From Octopus bimaculoides (lineage: Eukaryota), in contig NC_068982.1 in NCBI RefSeq assembly GCF_001194135.2, positions 71,607,017 through 71,671,016 of the forward strand: a DNA stretch of 64,000 nt, in the 5' to 3' direction. Positions within the stretch are counted from its first letter, which is position 1; every line of letters starts with the position of its first letter. Under the pieces are notes generated by a model. That model made no database searches, was not told the origin of the DNA, and saw nothing but the letters and a program-made list of their open reading frames with translations. Below, one piece after another: positions 59,711-64,000 of this stretch. Position numbers and translations under genes: made by a program.

Positions 59711-60023
59711 TATCTTCTTTACTGCATAAGGTCATTCCTTCACTTGGTTTACGATGATCAGATGTCAAGAAGCTTTTGACATTATAACAACAATGTGTAA
59801 CCATTTGTGTGTGTATGTGTGTGTGTTTGTGTGTGTGTGTGCGTTTATATATATATATATATATATATATGAGTGTGTGTGTACATATCGTGGTATTTGT
59901 TAGCAACGATAGTACTTTGCTGATCACAGCATTCCATCTGCGGTCTTCACATTACTTGAAAAAGTGAAGAATTGGCAAAGAAAGTTCTTTCAGAAGGAGA
60001 ATATAACGTCTTTTCAGGAAGTA

Positions 60024-60097
60024 TGTACATACATACATACATACATACATACATACATACATACATACATACATACATACATACATACATACATACA

Positions 60098-60129
<32 letters not shown>

Positions 60130-60372
60130 GATAGATAGATAGATACATACAGACATACATATATTCATACATACATATATTCATACATACATATATACAC
60201 GCATGCATACATACACACATGCATACATACATACACACATACATGCATACATACATACATGCATACATGTATTCATACATACATACATACATACATACAT
60301 ACATACGCAATACATGCTTGCAAGCATTCATGCATCCATCCATCCATACAGACAGACATATATACATGCATA
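60024..60372. repeat. (ACAT)n tetranucleotide microsatellite, about 350 bp
   Basis: Directly visible. Confidence 0.95.
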
Positions 60373-60374
60373 CA

Positions 60375-60880
60375 TGTAGTTTGTAGTGAGGACGTCTTCC
60401 AGTGCACAGATCACTCTAGAACAGCTGCTTTGGAATCCCGTTACCCTCCATTCGTACATGACCTACCCAGCGCATCTGAGTAGATTTGATAAGTAGATAT
60501 GATGCTTGTGCATCCCATCTTTTCTTCTGTGTCAGGTGTTTTACTTTGCCATTTGAAGGTGAGCATGTGACTCAAACATTTTTCATGGAAGCGCTCAAGC
60601 AGCTTCAGATGCCTACGTTGTACTGTCGATGTTTCAGAAGAGTACAACAGGACCGTTAGTATACACTCCTAAACGTTCAGGTGGGTCTTTTGGTGACGCC
60701 GTGGTTTTCATAGACTCTTTTTTTCGAGCTTCCCAAATGCTTCAGACGCTTTCTGAATGCGTAGATGTATTTCTGCATTTAGTATGGTGGGCATCCACAG
60801 AGAGGATGCTTCCTATGTAAACAAAAGTGTCAATTACACCCAATTTTGAACTGTATAATACGATATCTGGCTCGACATAC
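60375..60880 (-). mobile_element. BovB-like RTE LINE fragment (decayed RT 3' region)
   Basis: Minus-strand peptides DTFVYIGSILSVDAH, SEAFGKLEKRVY, YSSETSTVQRRHLKLLERFHEKCLSHMLTFKWQSKTPDTE and QMRWVGHVRME...IPKQLF resemble BovB-type ORF2. Confidence 0.8.
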
Positions 60881-60893
60881 GGTTCGCCTAGAG

Positions 60894-61159
60894 CAGGGGT
60901 TTTCAAACTTTTTGACTTGCGGACCCCTTTATATTTCAGGCTTTACCTTATAAACGCTTATGAAATTTATACATAAATATTTGCTTAAAACAACATATAC
61001 TTTTACATTTATTTATTTAACAGTATTTAACAAATAGGTTTATTGTCAATTAAAAGATTTCGATTAAAAAACATATATAAAATCAATTGCCCATAAAAAG
61101 TATTTGCTGTCCACGGACCCCCTGTCTTGTCCTTACAGACCACAGTTTGAAAACCCCTG
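60894..61159. mobile_element. hAT/Charlie-type MITE with 16-bp perfect TIRs and 8-bp TSD
   Basis: CAGGGGTTTTCAAACT ... AGTTTGAAAACCCCTG, with flanks GCCTAGAG and GTCTAGAG (7/8 identical, matching the Charlie target preference NTCTAGAN). Confidence 0.9.
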
Positions 61160-61712
61160 GTCTAGAGAATGTATAAAGTTCTGTCTTACACACACACAGA
61201 CACATACAATGAGGATATTAAAAAAATGATCAAAAGTCCTTCCTCAACCATAGGTTCATAAGGCGGGTTTCGCGGATTCTGGGACGTACAAATTCCTCCC
61301 CAGGGTGGGATTTTTTTGTTTCTTTTTCTTTAAAAGGTCGATAAAATAAAGTACCAGTCAAGTATTGAAGTCGATGTAGTCAACTTTGCCCCTCCTCTCC
61401 TCAAAATTGTTGGCCTTTAGCCAAAACTGTGCTGCACGTAATAGTTCAGTGTCCGTGCATTAGTGAGACGTAGACTTGTGTCGAGCAGCTCCTGTCTCAT
61501 GTTAAAACGAATCTGGCTGTCTGAATGAAGTCTGTTGTGAACATCTATGCACCATCTTTCTTTGCAATAGTAGGGCGGTAGATCTCTCGTCTTTGGTGGC
61601 GAAAGAAGCTGTGTAGTGTACCCATTTAACTAGTTTGAAGACAGGTACTTTCCTACCTGGTTAAGCTCACATCAATATCTTCAACTATCATTTGAAAAAG
61701 GTGAGGGTATAT

Positions 61713-61896
61713 AGGCGCAGGAGTGGCTGTGTCGTAAGTAGCTTGCTTACCAACCACATGGTTCCGGGTTCATTCCCACTGCGTGGCACCTTGGGCAAGT
61801 GTCTTCTACTATAGCATCGGGCCGACCAAAGCCTTGTGAGTGGATTTGGTAGACGGAAACTGAAAGAAGCCTGTCGTATATATATATATATATATA
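61713..61896 (+). mobile_element. SINE family B 5' half running into gap
   Basis: Consensus head and body ending in (TA)n. Confidence 0.85.
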
Positions 61897-62836
61897 NNNN
61901 NNNNNNNNNNNNNNNNNNNNNNNNNNNNNNNNNNNNNNNNNNNNNNNNNNNNNNNNNNNNNNNNNNNNNNNNNNNNNNNNNNNNNNNNNNNNNNNNNNNN
62001 NNNNNNNNNNNNNNNNNNNNNNNNNNNNNNNNNNNNNNNNNNNNNNNNNNNNNNNNNNNNNNNNNNNNNNNNNNNNNNNNNNNNNNNNNNNNNNNNNNNN
62101 NNNNNNNNNNNNNNNNNNNNNNNNNNNNNNNNNNNNNNNNNNNNNNNNNNNNNNNNNNNNNNNNNNNNNNNNNNNNNNNNNNNNNNNNNNNNNNNNNNNN
62201 NNNNNNNNNNNNNNNNNNNNNNNNNNNNNNNNNNNNNNNNNNNNNNNNNNNNNNNNNNNNNNNNNNNNNNNNNNNNNNNNNNNNNNNNNNNNNNNNNNNN
62301 NNNNNNNNNNNNNNNNNNNNNNNNNNNNNNNNNNNNNNNNNNNNNNNNNNNNNNNNNNNNNNNNNNNNNNNNNNNNNNNNNNNNNNNNNNNNNNNNNNNN
62401 NNNNNNNNNNNNNNNNNNNNNNNNNNNNNNNNNNNNNNNNNNNNNNNNNNNNNNNNNNNNNNNNNNNNNNNNNNNNNNNNNNNNNNNNNNNNNNNNNNNN
62501 NNNNNNNNNNNNNNNNNNNNNNNNNNNNNNNNNNNNNNNNNNNNNNNNNNNNNNNNNNNNNNNNNNNNNNNNNNNNNNNNNNNNNNNNNNNNNNNNNNNN
62601 NNNNNNNNNNNNNNNNNNNNNNNNNNNNNNNNNNNNNNNNNNNNNNNNNNNNNNNNNNNNNNNNNNNNNNNNNNNNNNNNNNNNNNNNNNNNNNNNNNNN
62701 NNNNNNNNNNNNNNNNNNNNNNNNNNNNNNNNNNNNNNNNNNNNNNNNNNNNNNNNNNNNNNNNNNNNNNNNNNNNNNNNNNNNNNNNNNNNNNNNNNNN
62801 NNNNNNNNNNNNNNNNNNNNNNNNNNNNNNNNNNNN

Positions 62837-63008
62837 ATATATACGCCGGGCTTCTTTCAGTTTCCGTCTACCAAATCCACTCACAAGGCTTTGGTCTGCC
62901 CGAGGCTATAGTAGAAGACACTTGCCCAAGGTGCTACGCAGTGGGACTGAACCCGGAACCACGTGGTTGGTAAGCAAGTTACTTACCACAAATCCACTCC
63001 TGCGCCTA
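62837..63008 (-). mobile_element. SINE family B 5' half, inverted relative to 61713 copy
   Basis: Reverse complement of the head and body, also ending at (TA)n next to the gap. Confidence 0.85.
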
Positions 63009-63194
63009 TTTACTTATTTATTTTCTGACTTTTTTTGTTATATCCTTCTTGTTGTTTCCGCTTTTGTTCGATGTAAACCCCACTTTTTTTTTTGCGTGTT
63101 GTATTTCGTCTTTTGATGTACTATTCAATATCTTGGACCCTTGTGGCCAATAAAAAAAATTATCGTCGTCGTCGTCGTCGTCATCATCAGCATT

Positions 63195-63241
<47 letters not shown>

Positions 63242-63253
63242 TATTATTATTAA

Positions 63254-63465
63254 GGTGGCGATCTGGCAGAATCGTTAGCGCGCCGGACGAAATGCTTAGC
63301 GGTATTTCGTCCATTGCTACGTTCTGAGTTCAAATTCCGCCGAGGTTGACTTTATCTTTCATCCGTTCGGGGTCGATAAATTAAGTACCAGTGAAACACT
63401 GGTGTCGATGTAATCGACTAATACTCTCCCTGACAATTTAAGGCCCTGTGCCTGTAGCAGAAAGA
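63254..63465 (+). mobile_element. SINE family A, full length, embedded in (ATC)n/(ATT)n
   Basis: GGTGGCGATCTGGCAGAATCGTTAGC to AGGCCCTGTGCCTGTAGCAGAAAGAATT. Confidence 0.9.
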
Positions 63466-63469
63466 ATTA

Positions 63470-63515
<46 letters not shown>

Positions 63516-63544
63516 CATCATCATTATCATCATCATTATTATTA

Positions 63545-63618
<74 letters not shown>

Positions 63619-63932
63619 GCCCTTTCATTATTTGTATACCATGTTAGGTTTGTATATCATTTTTTTTTTTCCTTATTCGATATTTTTTTTACGTAAATCC
63701 TCGTATTTTATATATGTCTTTGTGTTCTCAAACATCGTCTCAATGGCAGATAAAAGTAATCGTTGCCGCCGCTACCAGCACCACTGCCACTACCTGCAGC
63801 AGCAGCAGAGCACCAGCACCACCACCATCACCAGCACCACCTCCAGCACAAGCACCACCACCATCACCATCACCATCACCAGCACCAGCACCAGCACCAC
63901 CACCACCACCACCACCATCACAATTTCTTCTT

Positions 63933-64000
<68 letters not shown>
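63466..64000. repeat. Long (ATT/ATC)n, (CAC/CAG)n, (TCT)n and (ATT)n trinucleotide tracts
   Basis: Directly visible. Confidence 0.9.

Noticed and set aside
454-62884. Long ORFs in the track (for example 28863-29945, 37261-38526, 39732-41060, 55042-55968, 61688-62884)
   Set aside because: They are open only because they cross N-runs, and the non-N parts are microsatellite or SINE sequence. The one exception is the real open segment at 48360-48640.

Overview
AT-rich, microsatellite- and SINE-dense eukaryotic genomic DNA from a gapped draft assembly (about 15 N-runs). The repeat families suggest a cephalopod, probably an octopus; this is an inference. The only host gene I can support is the 3' part of Axin on the + strand. 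It has eight coding exons at 5447-5558, 7362-7508, 8166-8845, 30889-31032, 33326-33595, 34448-34600, 34752-34937 and 36401-36530. All have GT-AG boundaries and stay in frame, giving about 606 aa with the GSK3-binding helix, the beta-catenin-binding motif and the DIX domain. The N-terminal tankyrase-binding and RGS exons are not visible and lie upstream or in gaps. The remainder is intron and intergenic DNA containing at least three tRNA-derived SINE families, RTE and BovB-like LINE fragments, the 5' end of a probable LINE ORF1, Tc2, mariner and hAT MITEs, and a probable Penelope endonuclease relic. The most notable unannotated feature is a complete type I hammerhead ribozyme on the - strand at 55977-56080, with a degenerate second motif 158 nt away. 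Other leads are TCF/LEF-type sites in Axin introns, two DSG phosphodegron-like motifs in Axin, and inverted SINE blocks around the GSK3/beta-catenin exons. Most ORFs in the supplied track are spurious because they run through N gaps, microsatellites or SINEs.
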